A DNA stretch of 64,000 bases from the human T2T-CHM13v2.0 reference genome, Homo sapiens. The DNA lies in NCBI RefSeq assembly GCF_009914755.1, contig NC_060929.1, one strand, 5' to 3'. Below are positions 13,121 to 27,946 of this stretch, one piece after another (the stretch's first letter is position 1; every line of letters begins with the position of its first letter). The notes under the pieces were generated by a model that saw only the letters and a list, made by a program, of their open reading frames with translations, made no database searches and was not told the DNA's origin. The translations under genes were made by a program, and so were the position numbers.

Positions 13121-13155
13121 AGAAAAAAAAGAAAGAAAGAAAGGGAGAAAAGAAA

Positions 13156-13215
<60 letters not shown>

Positions 13216-13269
13216 GGAAGGAAGGAAGGAAGGAAGGAAGGGAGGGAGGAAAGAAAGAAGAAAGAAAGA
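13121..13269 (+). repeat. Pure-purine (GAAA)n/(GGAA)n microsatellite
   Basis: 149 nt without a pyrimidine, including six consecutive GGAA units from 13216. Confidence 0.97.
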
Positions 13270-13566
13270 CCATTAACATGAAAAAAAAGCATTTGAAGGT
13301 ATAAAACCCACTGACAGAAGGACACAGACAAACACAGAATACTGAATTGCAGTGTACGATCCACTCTTAATTCTAGTATGAAGCCCAAAAGACAAATCTA
13401 CCAAATAATAATAGCTACAGTAGTCTGTCAAGAGGTAGGTAATATAAAAAAGGTAGACTGAGACAAGTAAAAGTCAAAATTTAGGGGAGATGGAGTTGAA
13501 GTGTAGAACTTTTACCTTTTTTTTTCTTTTTACCTATTCTTTTCTTTGTGATCTAAGATAAATTGT

Positions 13567-13862
<296 letters not shown>

Positions 13863-14155
13863 AGATAAATTGTCACCTCCTTAAAACAACTTACTATACC
13901 TACAAGGTATTTTTTGTAAGCCTATTGGTACCCGCAATGCAAGAACCTACAATAGATTTGCTAAAAATAAAAGCAATGAATTAAAACATAATACCAGAGA
14001 AAATCACTTAACCACAAAGAAAGACGGAAAGAAGGAAGAGACAAGTTATAAAACAACCAGAAAATAAGCAACTAAATGACAGTAGTAAGTCTTACTTATC
14101 AAGAATAACACTGAATATAAATGGACTCAATTCTTCAATTAAAAGCCATAGAGTG

Positions 14156-14626
<471 letters not shown>

Positions 14627-17600
14627 AAAAGGTTGTGTTTTTATGAAAGATAAAAAAAGATGATAAGCCTTTAGTTAGTCTAACTAAGAAAAAGAGAGAG
14701 ATGATACAAATAAATAAAATTAAATAGAAAAGGAGGTATAAGAACTGAGACCACAGAAATACAAAGTATCATTAGAGACTCTTAGGAACAACTATACGCC
14801 AACAAATTGAGAAATTCCTGAACACATACAACCTACTAAGATTGAACCATGAAGGAATAAAAAAGTCTCAACAATCCAATAATGAGCAACAAGATTAAGC
14901 TGTAATTTAGAATAAGATTCCCATCAAAGAAAAACTCAGGACCTTAGGCCTTCACTGCTAAATTCTACCAGACATTTAAAGAAGAACTAATACCAATTAT
15001 ACTCTAACTCTTCAAAAAAAATTGAAGAGTAGGGAATACTACCAAACTCATTTTGCAAGGCCAGAATTACCCCAATACCAAACCAGACAAGAACACAACA
15101 GGACCAAAAAAAAAAAAAAAAAAAAAAAAGAACACTACAGTACAGGACAGTATCACCAATGAACATAGGTACAACAATCTTCAACAAAATACTAGCAACC
15201 TGAATGTAATAAGGCATTATAAAGATCATTTACTACGATCAAGTGGGATTCATCCCAGGGGTGCAAGGATGATTCAACATATACTAATCAATAAATGTTA
15301 TACATAACATTAACAAAACCAAAAGTAAAAACTATATGATGTTTCAATAGATGCCAAAAAAGTATTCAATAAAATTCAACACCCCTTTATGATAAAAGTC
15401 CTCATCAAACTGGGTATAGAAGGAACATAACTCAAAATAATAAAGGCCATATATGACAAACCTACAGCAAATATCATACTGAGTGGGGAGAAATTGAAGG
15501 TCTTTCCTCTAGGATCTGAAACAAGACAGGGATGCCCACTTTCATTACTTTTATTCAACCTAATACTGTAAGTCCTGGACAGAGCAATTGGGCAAGAGAA
15601 AGAAATAATGAGCATTCAAATTGGAAAGGAAGAGCTCAAATTATCCTTGTTTGCTGATGATATATTCTTATATTCAGAGAAACCTAAAAATTCCACCAAA
15701 ACCTCATAGAACTGACAAATGAATTCAGTAAAGTTGCAGGATACATATCAGCCTAAAAAGTCAGTGGCATTTCTATATGCTAACAGCAATTGATCTGAAA
15801 AAGAAAGAAAGAAAAGAATCCCATTCATCAAAGCTCCAAAGAATATAAAATACCTAGATATCAATTTAACCAAAGAAGTGAAAGAAAACTATGAAACACA
15901 GATGAAAGAAATTGAGAGGGACACAAAAATAGAAAGACATTTCATGTTCATGGATTGGAAGAATTAACATTGTTAAAATGACCACACTACCCAAATCTAT
16001 TTACAGATTCAATGCAAATGCCCCATCAAAATACCAATGACACTCTTTACAGAAATAGAAAAAACAATACTAAAGTTTGTATGGAACTACAAAAGACTCC
16101 AAACAGCCAAAGCAATCCTGAGCAAAAAGAGCAAAGCTGGAGGCATTTGAAGACACTACCTGACTTCAAAGTTTACTACAAAGCTATAGCAATCAAATCA
16201 GTGTGGTACTGGCATAAAAACACAATGGGACAGAATAGAGAACCCAGATATAAATCCATACATTTAAACCCAATTCACCTTTGACAAAGGCACCAAGAAT
16301 AAATGGGGGAACAATAGTCTCTCTAATAAATGGTGCTGTTAATATTGGATAAGTATATGCAGGTGAATGAAGCTAGACTTAAATCTAAGACCTGAAACTA
16401 TGAAGCTGCTGGAAGAAAACACTGGGGAAACACTCCAGGACATTGATCTGGGCAAAGATATTTTTGTGTGTGAGATCTCAAAAGCACAGGCAACCAAAGT
16501 AAAAATAGACAATTGAGATTACATCAAGCTGAAATGCTTCTGCAGAGCAAAGGAAACAGTCAACAAAGTGAAGAGACAACCCACAGAATGGGACAAAACA
16601 TTGGCAATCTTTCCATCTGACAAGGGATTAATAACTACACTATAGGAGGAACTCAAACAACTCAATAGCAAAAAACAATAATCCAATTTAAGTAAGAAAA
16701 ATATGTGAATAGGTATTTCTCAAAAGAAGACATACCAATGGCTAACAGCTATATGAAAAAAAAATTCAAAATCACTAATCTTCAGAGAGATGCAAATTAA
16801 AACCACAATAAGATATCATCTCACCCCAGTTAAAATGGCCTTCATCACAAAGACGGGTGATAACAAATTCTGGTGAGAATTTGGAGAAAGAGGAACCCTC
16901 ATATTGGTGGGAACGTAAATTAGTACAACCACAATGAAGAACAGTTTTGAGGTTCCTAAAAATACTAAAAATAGAACTACCATATGATCCAGCAATTCTA
17001 CTATTGGGTATATACCCAAAAGAAAGGAAATCAATATATCAAAGAGGCAGCTGCACTCCCATGTTAATTGCAGCATTATTTACAATAGCCAAAATATGGA
17101 ACCTACCTAAGTACCCATCAGTGGATGAATGGATAAAGAAATTGCAGTATAGATACACAATGGACTATTATTGAGACATAAAAATGAATGAAATTCTATC
17201 ATTTGCAGCAACATGGATAGAACTGGAGGTCATTAAGTTAAGTAAAATAAGCCGAGCACAGAAATACAAATATCACATGTTCTCACTCATATGTGAGAGC
17301 TAAAAAAGTGGATCTTATAAAGATAGATGGTAGATTGGTGGTTACTACAGGCCAGGAAGGTTAGTGGGGAGTGGGAGATGAAGAGAAGTTGATTAACGGG
17401 TACAAATATGCAGTTTGATAGAAAAATTAAGACCTAGTGTTCAATAGATCAGTAGGTTGACTATAGTTTATTGATATAGACAATAATCTATTAAACATTT
17501 AAAATTACCTAGAAGAGAATAATTCAAGTGTTTCTAGCATAAAAAAGACAAATATTTAAGGTGTTGGATATCCCAAATACACTGATTTGATCTGCACAAG

Positions 17601-18164
17601 TTATATGAATTGAAAGATCACATGTACTGTGAAAATATGAACACCTATTTTTGCATCAATGAAAAAAAAAATTCCCACCCAAGAAAGAACCATGCATGTC
17701 CTTTTAGATTCCTTTGCTTTTTCACATAGAAAATTCTAGAAGTATTCTAGAAAGTGAGTGAAATTTAAAAGTACTGATTTCTAGCAGATGTCTGTCTACG
17801 TAGGTGAATTCTCCTTTTCATTTTTCAATTGTATAATTTGGCAGGCAGTTGACAATGACAAACAACAATCATACAGACTAGGCAGCTCTACGGAAAGAAA
17901 AATAAATCAAAATCAGAATTCAAACGTTTAGTATATACATAACTTACACTGTTTTCAGCAAGTTAGAGTCACCTTTTTTCCCTCAAATGAACTCAAAACC
18001 AGTGAAAAGAAAGGGATTTGATGGTGCTGCAATGCCATTAAGATTTTTGCTTAAATCAGAGTGAAGCTTTACATTTTGCTTTTAAAATTTGACTTCATAT
18101 CTCCATATACCCAAGTGAAAATTATAAAGTAATTGTGTAGATTTTATTCAGATTTATGATAGCG

Positions 18165-18347
18165 TTGCTTTAAATTACTCATAAACTTGAAACATCAGGG
18201 TCACCCAAAGGGCTTATTAAAACACATTTCACTGGGCCCCCACTCCCAGAGTTTCTAATTCAGTAGGTGTGGTGGTGCTTGAGAATTTGCATTTTTAACA
18301 AGTTCCCATGTAAAGCTGCTCCTGAGACCACAATTGGAGAACCACTG
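18165..18347. mobile_element. MER5-like hAT-Charlie MITE
   Basis: ctgggccccactcccagagtttctaattcagtagg...gagaatttgcatttttaacaagttccc...gagaaccactg. Confidence 0.8.
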
Positions 18348-20618
18348 ATTTGTACTAAGAAAAGTGTGAATTCTTTCTTATTGTAAATAAACACCTTAAC
18401 ACTAATCATTTGACAAGAATCAGATTTGGCTTCTATAACCATCTGGAGGAAATTACCGTACACAATTGTACTTTGCTTCTTTTTGACAAAGTCACTTGGT
18501 CTAGGTGAGCTTCAGGTTACTGATTCCCAGCCAGATTGTCAAATCTAATCCCAAATACTAGGCTACTTAAAAAATACAATAAAATGTTTATAAATGCAGT
18601 TGATCTCGTGAACACCCAACAAGTGTCCCTGGGAACTAACAGTTCATTGCTCAAATTATGAAAATGATTTATAATTTTCATAATATGCAATTATGAATAC
18701 TAAAAGAAAGAAGAAACAAACTCTCAGCAGTTTTGTTTTACGAACTGCCTGGGTGGTATCGTTCATTCAGCCTTGTTCTCATCCTGGATGAAGTCAGAGG
18801 CACTTTGCCAAGTAGTCAAAATAAATATTAGCAAGGTTAGAAAGAAGGAAATAACAAAGAAAAACTTATGTAAATAAGTGCCTTGTAGTTACTTGCAATA
18901 TTGCTGCAGTCTTTAGGCATAATAGACATAGTCCCAGCTTTGCTTCCATTTAAAAGAAAAGTTTCTGAATTGTAAATATAAATCATGCTCATTTACTTCC
19001 ACCGTGACAGTGTCTGCCTCAACAATGCAGAGTGCAGAGATTTATCATGCTAGACGACTGTTTTAGATCTCCAGAAGCTGCTAAGAGAGACAGATCAGCA
19101 CAACCTGACTTAGAAACACTAAGGTCACTTCAGTCAGTGTGGTCTTCACGAATACATGTTCCTGAATGAAAAATCATCTGTTTTGCAGTAGATTTTAGTA
19201 CCTTTTGTTAGAAACCCTCTATGCTCAAAGCCTTAAGCAGGAACTTCAGGCTTCACTGCATCAGGCCTCCCTAGAAAGTCCAGTAACAGCCATAAAAGGG
19301 CTTTATAATTTAAGGTGAAAAGGCGTGATTACGAGTCTCAAAACCCTAAGTGCCAAAAAGCATTTTAAACAGGAGAAGACTGACAAGCCTGTCAGTGGTA
19401 ATGCATCTGTATTTGCATCTGACCTGAAAGCACTTTCAACATCTGCAAGGCAAAAAAAAAACAACGGAAGAAAGGTTGTCTTGGAATGAAAGATTAACGA
19501 CACAGCGAAATGCCTAGTTCTGGTGGGAAAGCCTTATACCCCAAATCCAGTTGTCACCTAGAATTGAACATTCTTTGGAATGAGCTCTTTCTTTAGGGTT
19601 ATATATTTGTCTTCTTGCATGCTAAAGTAAGGACAAGGAGGACAAAAAGAATATATTTCACATCTTTTTAAACTGTGAACCCACAGGCACTGGTTCAAAG
19701 ATGAAGACTGAGCTGTCTGTCAACTTGGATAGATGTCTCCTTTGTAAATACTTTAGTGACTAGCTTCCTTGTGGTCTGGCCGTGGTATTTGTAATCACTT
19801 CTTAGCATAAGGGATTGGAAAAAAGTATCAGTTTCAATAGATTGACAATAGGTCAAAGTCTCTGTTGACAAAGTTTGGAGAGTGAAAGCCAAAAATATTT
19901 TAACCATCGACTGTTTATTTTGTTTAGCAAAATAAACCCATACATGAAATTAATGAATGGGTCTTGCAAAGGCATATGCAAACTAGAGAAAAAAATATTA
20001 ACATTTCTTTTACAGTTACTGGCTCATTACTCTCAGTTGCCATTGTATCTGTAACATGATGTAGATTCACAGGTTTTGATATGGAATTTGATTATACTTA
20101 TTATTATACTGTAATGCTGTGCAATAATCTTATTACACTGTAAATTGTAAATGTGTCATAAATTGATCAAATACATATGCCTTTGTAAAAAGGAAAGTTT
20201 TGAAGTAATTTTACAGTATTTTTCCAGATATGCTTAAGTCCAGTTTCAGCTGTAATTAACATAAGGAGAGCTCTCTTGAAGCCATTTACAGAATGAAATG
20301 TCTCTAGGGGTTAGTAAATTGCATGCTTTTGAGGTAATTTCCTAAGGAAGAAGCTTTTATACCTTACTATGAAATCTCTTAGCCACCTCCTATGGAGCTG
20401 CAGTTGACTTTCATAAACAGCATAATGACTACATGTCAAAGAAAGAGTGATAAACTGTGGCTCTTCAAAGAAATAAAAGGTGCCTACAAGCTTTCTTTCT
20501 TTCTGCTGACATGTATAACATAAAATTAGTTCACAAAGACATGGAAAATATACTTTCTTTTGCAAAGGTGGGCAATTATTTTAAACATTGCAAAGCAACT
20601 ATAGTGTCCTTGTTTAAA

Positions 20619-20902
20619 TTTTTTTTTTTTTTTTTTGAGACAGGGTCTCATTCTGTCGCCCAGGCTGGAGTGCAGTGATGCCATCTGGCTCACTGCAACC
20701 TCCACCTCCTGGGTTCAAGCGATTCTCCTGCCTCAGCCTCCCAAGTAGCTGGGAACACAGGCATATGCCACCATGCCTGGCTAATTTTTGCATTTTTAGT
20801 AGAGATGGGGTTTCAACATGTTGGCCAGGCTGGTCTCAAACTCCTGTCCTTAGTGAGCCACACACCTCAGCCTCCCAAAGTGCTGAGCCACCATGCCCAG
20901 CC
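20619..20902 (-). mobile_element. AluS
   Basis: Poly-T plus antisense Alu; flanking ttgtttaaa repeat. Confidence 0.93.
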
Positions 20903-21161
20903 TTGTTTAAAATATTTTGCTTATTATTGTTTTATTAAGGAAGAAGAAAACTCTTCAGCAATGTAAGTATTTTTTAAATACACCTTAATAAAAATCATAT
21001 TATATATTGTGAAAAAAACAAGCAAAAAAAATCTTAACCAAAGTTCCCAGGAACTTAATAATTATAGGCTTAAAAGGATAAATTTACATATGTAAGTCCA
21101 TGTTCTTTGCATTAAAACTTACGGAATCCTACATATTCTTCCATGTATTTAACTAGCATCA

Positions 21162-21222
21162 TGTCCTGTCCTATCCTATCCTATCCTGTCCTGTCCTGTC
21201 CTGTCCTGTCCTGTCCTGTCCT
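21162..21222 (+). repeat. (TCCTG/TCCTA)n pentanucleotide microsatellite
   Basis: About 12 tandem pentamers read directly. Confidence 0.95.
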
Positions 21223-21843
21223 TTCTTAGTGTGAATAAATGTGTCACTGCTGTTCATGAATGTCTCATCATTATATGGTGGCTTAGTGTAGATGTACACA
21301 TTGCAGGTCTCGCATTTTGTGTGTGTGTGTGTGTTTTTAATTAACTGAGCTATTATAAGTGCAACCAAATACTATTCATCAAGATTTTAAGAAAGAAATT
21401 ATTCTGCCAAAAGCAATTCATTGCAAGAATAGTAAATATTTTGAATGAACTAGTCTCAATAGTAAATATTTATATGTGTAATAGAAACAAAAGAAATAAT
21501 CATATTATCTTGAGAATATAATTCAAAATAGAATTAAGGTAAATAAAAAATGGTTTTAGATTCCTAAAGTTAAAATAAGTTATATTTAAGAAATTTGGTG
21601 CCATAGTAATATTACATTAAATGTCTTTAGTGTTTTTTGAGTTTTCAAAACACTTTCAAATATACCATCTTTTCTAGTCTTCATAATAGCTTCTTAAGGC
21701 AGACAGGGTTAGTCACCATTTTCCAAATAAGAGATTGATGCTCAAAATGGTTGTTAGTTTTCCAAGTTTATGCAACAAAATATGATAAAGCCTAACACCT
21801 GTATTCCTCTTTTCCAACCCAATGTTATTTTCATATGGACTCC

Positions 21844-22094
21844 TAATATAAAAAGAAGACTAATATAAATAATATAAATAGAAAGACTAATATAGATATA
21901 ATATAAATAGAAAGATACATAATATAAATAGAAGACTATATAATTAGAACTCTATATAATTAGAATTCTATATAAATCAAAGACTTCTATATAAATAGAA
22001 GACTATATGACTATATATAAATAGAAGTTTATATAATATAAAGATTAATAGACATAATATAAATATAAAGATATATAATATAAATAGAAAGACT
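21844..22094. repeat. AT-rich degenerate tandem repeat (aatataaatagaagact-like units)
   Basis: Repeated atataaatagaa(a)gact variants over about 250 bp. Confidence 0.85.
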
Positions 22095-23199
22095 CCCAAA
22101 AGAAACTCATCCCCAAATGTCTATAGACAAGGATTTGTTTCCCATGGCCCCTATACATGTAAAGCACTACTTATTACCTAAACCCTCGCTCACAACACCC
22201 TCCATCACCCCAGCTGCCACAGTCCCTGCCCTGGGAATCCAGGGACCTCCGCATGATCCAACAACTGAAGGATTAAGGCCTGGTTGGGCAGGAGACCTTG
22301 GGGATCTTCCTCCCGTCTTCTAGCTGGAGTGTCTTCTGAATGGTCAGTGGCATGGCAAACAGGTAATTCAACATTTTGAAAATCGCCCTTGGTTTCACAT
22401 GCCCATCTCAAAATGACCATAGTCCAAAACATTTGGCATACAGAATATGGTAACTGTTCCCAAATTGCTTAGTTCTCTTGTATTTCCTATTATAGGGTAC
22501 TTCATGAGAGACTGATCTCTTGGTTTCTTTTTGTGTATGTGGTGAAAACCACTTTAGGGTAAAGTGTAAAAATGAAGAGAAGAGTATTTTCTATCATTGA
22601 CAAGGAACATGCGAAATCCGTGGTATATGAAACATTAGGAGTATATGAGGTCAACTATTAGACACATGAGATGAGGTCATGTTTAATGTTTGTACTTAAT
22701 AGTTGCTACAAATAGTTAATAAAGACAAACAAGGACTAATGTCTCTAGGAGGAAATATAACACAATTTTTAACCAAATTCAATCAAAGTAATATTTTTTG
22801 AGGATCTCCACAGTGAAGGTACTTGGTTAGGTATTAGCTATTCAAATTTTGGAAAGAAGCCCACGGTTCAGTGGGGTAGAGACAAATTATAAATAAATCA
22901 ATAAATGAGGCCCAATAGATCCACTATTCTCAAAACTAATTATTTGTTTTATATTAGGTCTTTCCTCTTAGTTCAATGATTAGTATACACATAATGAATG
23001 ACAGGCAATAGAAGGTAGCAAGAGAAGACAAATCTACAGTCAACACCAGTTGGAGCCCTGGTTTTGCCATTTCCTTGTCTCTTAACTTTGCAAAAGTACT
23101 TTAAATAGATTCAAACACATCTTTGACCCTCATATACCAGTTTCCTGGAATTTTATATCCTTTCTGGAGTGTGTACAATTCATGTAGAAAATGTTACAG

Positions 23200-23470
23200 A
23201 TTTAAATCTAACAACTGGTCTAAGTGGTTGAGTTGAGGAGACAAAGGAGAGTCTAGATTTGAAGACATTTTTGGGATTAATTATCAGAATTGTGTGATCA
23301 TTTGGATGTGGACTATGAGGAAAAGGGAATAAAGATGACCCCTAGTTTTTTAGCTTAGGGAACTGCTTAGGTGACATTGTCGTTAATGCAAGAGAGAAGG
23401 CAGAAGGAACTGGTTTGGGAAAGAAAATAGTGGCTTCTTTTTAGGACCTGTTATGATCGAGGTATCTGTG
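23200..23470 (-). mobile_element. L2 fragment
   Basis: gatcatttggatgtggactatgagg...aaagatgacccctagttttttagcttagg is typical antisense L2. Boundaries approximate. Confidence 0.6.
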
Positions 23471-24889
23471 GGAGTCACTGGACTCCTTTTGGGCACCACC
23501 TTCAAGCCTCTCAGCTGTGCTTCTGATTCCAACCAAGTCATAATAAGCATTTGGTACAGGTTTTGACCCACTTCCTGCTGACCATGCCCATCTTGAAATA
23601 TCAACTGTGGAATGCTAGCTTCTTCCCATAGGGATTTCTCTGACACTATGGTGTGCGATGCCCATGGCCAGGAAGCCCACTCACATTCATACATACGCAA
23701 CCAGAATGCAAGGGAATAAACACTAAGTGGGAAAATTGGAAAGAAAGGGGTGATGGCAGCGCATGAATAGATGGATGGATTTATTTTGGTTTTGTTTTTT
23801 ATTAATTTTGTTTGGTCTACTAAATGTGTCAAGTTTCATGCTGTCACGTGGGATGCTGAAATTAAATGAGTTCACAGAAGTTAGTTGGTTTTCCCTGACA
23901 GGAACTGAAATTTTTGTTGTTGTTGTTGTTTGTTTTTTTCTGAAGGTTTGACGTTTAAAGGGAATTTAGAATAAGAAGTGAAATTCTTGAACAAAAGGCT
24001 TTAATTTATAAGAGACAATTTGTGCCTCCAAAGGCATAGCTCTGAGCACTGCTAAGGATTTAGTGGTGGGTGAACCCTGTGGGTTTTAGGAATCTCTTTG
24101 GTTTATGGTGCAAGGCACCAAATCCCTTCTATTAGTGGTTTCCAACGCCTCAAAACTAAGAGCCCTTTCTACAAGAAATAAAAAACATCAGGAGAACTCT
24201 ATGTAATAGCTGTTGATTAAGGAAATACATAATGTTAGTGAGCTATTATAAATTCACTATGTCTTTGAAATAAATGTTTTATTTTAATAGATTAGAGCAG
24301 CACCCACATAAGTTTGGAAATACAGGTCATATATCTGGAAGTCTAAACAATGAAAGCATCAAAAATGGAGACTTCCCATTTTTCTTTATGACCATCCCTT
24401 TAAAAAAATCACTGTAATAATTGAAGGGCAATTTGTTATAAGACATACAATGAAGACAACATATTACAGGAATAAATAAGTAATATTGACAGGGTGATTT
24501 GTCTCAAACAATTGAAACACTGACACATCAGTTTTGCTGTTTGCATATTTTGGCAAGTAACAAATGTTTTAAAGATTTAAGCTGCAATGGTTAAAATGCA
24601 TATTTTTATGCATCTCATTTCTTAATTTATATAACAGAAAGAAAACCCATAAGAAAACAACCAGAAAATTTGATAAATAAATCGTTACTTTTATCGTTAT
24701 GCCCTTTTTGAATTAACCTATCTAAACTCTGGAAATATCATTAATTTGGAACAAGTTATTTCTGTATAATCTGAGTAAACAATCTTCTACCGTATGTTTA
24801 AGATGTATGTGGAAGAGCAATGTTTTGAGATCGAATGTATATTTTGGTTACTTTTAAAATTTTTCCCTTAACTTTATTCAAGCATGGAG

Positions 24890-25375
24890 CTCAGTGTTAT
24901 CAGTGAAGATTTTTCAGTAAGGACACTCCTTTGTAATGTAAAATAAAATCACCACAAAAGCTTATTTACTGGCTCCCCTGGAAAGTCCAAGCATGACTGG
25001 AACCAAAGCTCAAATGTTATCTGTCTCTTCCCATCTCTCCGCTCTGCTTCCCTCTGGGCTGGTTTCTTTCTCCTGAGGGCTCTCTCCCTGGCTCCCAGCA
25101 GCTCTAGGCCTATTGACGCCAGCAGAGACAGCCTCTATCCTACTGTCCCCATCATTCCTGGATTGGATCTTAACGGCCTAGCTTGAGTCTCCTCTCCGTC
25201 TCTTAGCCAGGGTCCAAGGAATGAAATGCCCTTATTGGCCAGGACTAGGTCATGGGTTTATTACAAGAAAAATTGCTCCCTTATAAGCAAAGGGAAGATA
25301 AGAAGAATGTATATTCCCAAAGGAAATTGAGTGCTTTGCCAAAATAAAGAACAGTTACTGGGCCAACAAAGGCAA
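24890..25375. mobile_element. Old MaLR LTR (MLT1-type)
   Basis: ctctgcttccctctgggctgg, ttggccaggactaggtcatgg, ttcccaaaggaaattgag motifs. Boundaries approximate. Confidence 0.55.
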
Positions 25376-25954
25376 AAATATTCAATTCACCTAGTCTTAA
25401 GAATTTTTAGAGGGATTACAGCAGAATTTTGCCTGAAGATCACATTCTGATAGATCCTGAGACCACAGGGATCCCAGAAGCCCAGGAGCCAGAGAGCAAC
25501 TGGATAGCAAGTGGCCATAGACTGGGCCTTGCGGTGGTGACCAATGGGAAACACAGGGGCCTCCTCATGCCGTGGTGCTGTACAAAGCCCGAGAACCTTC
25601 ACATAAACGTGGGGAAAGAAACCCGGTAGTGACTATAATGGGATTTCCTGTCAGCCTGGTCTGTTGGGTGCTTGGTGTCTGATGACTAAGATTTATGTGA
25701 CCACTCATATTATTTACAGAAAGTACTTAGAGCATGTATGGATTTATGCCAACTTTGAAAAAATTATACGACACCCTAGGAACCTGTGAGCTATGGATTA
25801 GAAACTGCTCTTTAGAACGAGGTAACATTTCTCTGATCTGGAAACTGAATACATTCCTAAACATGCCTAGTTCTCTATCTTTTAATACAAAACTTTGGGC
25901 ATTAACAGGATATGCAAGTCATAAACATGGCGTCTAAGAATGCATATTTTGTAG

Positions 25955-26190
25955 TTGACTGCAAGAGTTCAAATCCCTACCTCAAAAACAAACAAAAAAA
26001 TCTGTTTCATCACTTTGTAGTTGTGTGGTCTTGGCAAAGCCAGTTAACATTTGTAAGTCTCAGGTCCTCATCTTTAAAATGAAAATAAAAGCAGTACAGG
26101 TTGATGTAAAGGTTTGAAAGGCTATTGCTTATACAGTGTTAACACACTTGACATATAGTAAATGCTCAATAAATGTCAGCAGCTATTATC
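25955..26190 (+). mobile_element. MIR
   Basis: tgtgtggtcttggcaaagccagttaac...ctcatctttaaaatg...tagtaaatgctcaataaatg. Confidence 0.75.
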
Positions 26191-27656
26191 AAGCCCCAAG
26201 AAAGTTGGAAAGGGTCAGGGTATATCTATCACCACATTTCAAACACCAACGCAAAATGCTTAGCTTAAAGACCTTCAGGTGCAATTGGCTGAATTACTGA
26301 GGGACAGATTTGCCAAGCAGTGGAGAAGGGATGTATTGCTAGTTCTGTTTGTATTTATCATAACCCAGTTGTCAGCTGGATGCCTTCCTACCTCCACCTG
26401 CAGCCATCAACCAATCAACACATCTCCCTGGCCTTACCTACATGCTCCCAACACAAGATTTAGGTACACATGGCATACACTCCTCATTTTCATGACCGGG
26501 AAATTCCACGCTTTCCGCTTATTTCTGACAACTCACTGCATCTTCTCCCTGTGCCTGTATATGCTGCCTGCTGCCTTGTTTCAGCCTCTGCTGATCTAGA
26601 TCCAAAATTCTGCTTCTTAGCTGATTTCTGCAAAAGATCAATTCAAACCAACAATTTCACACATTCTCAAACTTTCCTAAAGTTTCACAAGGTCGTGGGA
26701 AGAGGTCACATCTCATGCTGCCATTTGACTAGACCCACCCTATTCATGCTCTTCTTCCTTTGCTCTGACCTCTCTGGAATAACAAGCAATTCTTACTTAC
26801 ATCCCTTGGAATGAAGTTTTTACTTCCAAGTAAAATTATCAAGATATATTTTCCAAACAAATACAGTTTTCTTACTGAGGAATTGTGTCACAGATGTTGG
26901 AGAAATAATGTTTTTAACCTCATGACATTATGTTAGGTTTTATTCTATACACCCATATAGGAGACACACAGCATGCACTTACTTTGAAAAAGGTTCTATA
27001 TGGGAGATGAAACCTGGAGCATAGATGCTACTATGACCGAATCTACCAAGAATGAAATTATATCACATTTCAATGTACCAATAATGAATGTCAAGGATAT
27101 AATGAATCTGTAAGAATTTTAAAATGAAATATTAAGGTGTTTTAAAATTCAAAATGTGGATATTTAAGTCTTGACAACTGACAGACTTTTATCTCTATTT
27201 CAATGATATTTTATATATAATTTGTATTTATTTAATTAAACTCGGGGGATTACATCTAAAAAAAAAACTTGAATATCTAGCCTATAGGAAATTGAGATTC
27301 TTACAGACAATCTGCATTTCCAAGAGAAGAGAACTCTGAAATTACAAAATTGTTTACTTAGAAAGCTAATAAAAAATATAAACTTCAGGAAAGCAGCAGC
27401 TGTTTCTCTTTTGTTCACTAATATGTTCCAAGCTCCTGAAACAGACTCTGGCAGATAATCCACAATTGCAAATTAGTTAACACACAATAATTCATAGAAC
27501 TTCATTTATCCTACACACATTTATTATTTGCCTATTTTATGTCTGACTGGTTCTAGGTGACTTGGAGATCTGATTTTATTTTTAAGGTCCCAAAATATTA
27601 AAATTTCTACCACTTTCTTAGGGAGATTAGTAGCTCTCAGAAAGTTTTCCCTGACA

Positions 27657-27946
27657 GGCTGTCGCAATGGCTCACACCTGTAATCCCAGCACTTTGGGAG
27701 GCCGAGGCAGGCAGATCATGAGGTGAGGAGATCGAGACCATCTTGGCTAACACGGTGAAACCCTGTCTCTACTAAAAATACAAAAAATTAGCCAGGCATG
27801 GTAGCAGGCCCCTGTAGTCCCAGCTACTCGGGAGGCTGAGGCAGGAGAGTGGTGTGAACCCGGGAGGGCAGAGCTTGCAGTGAGCGGAGATTGCGTCACT
27901 GCACTCCAGCCTGGGCGACAGACTCCGTCTCAAAAAAAAAAAAAAA
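27657..27946 (+). mobile_element. AluY
   Basis: Full Alu; TSD ttttccctgaca. Confidence 0.94.

Noticed and set aside
17733-17753. Double TTCTAGAA, heat-shock-element-like
   Set aside because: The 3-nt spacing breaks the nGAAn phasing; not a canonical HSE.
23383-23832. 149-aa minus-strand ORF
   Set aside because: Partly overlaps an L2 fragment; no domain or coding-like composition.
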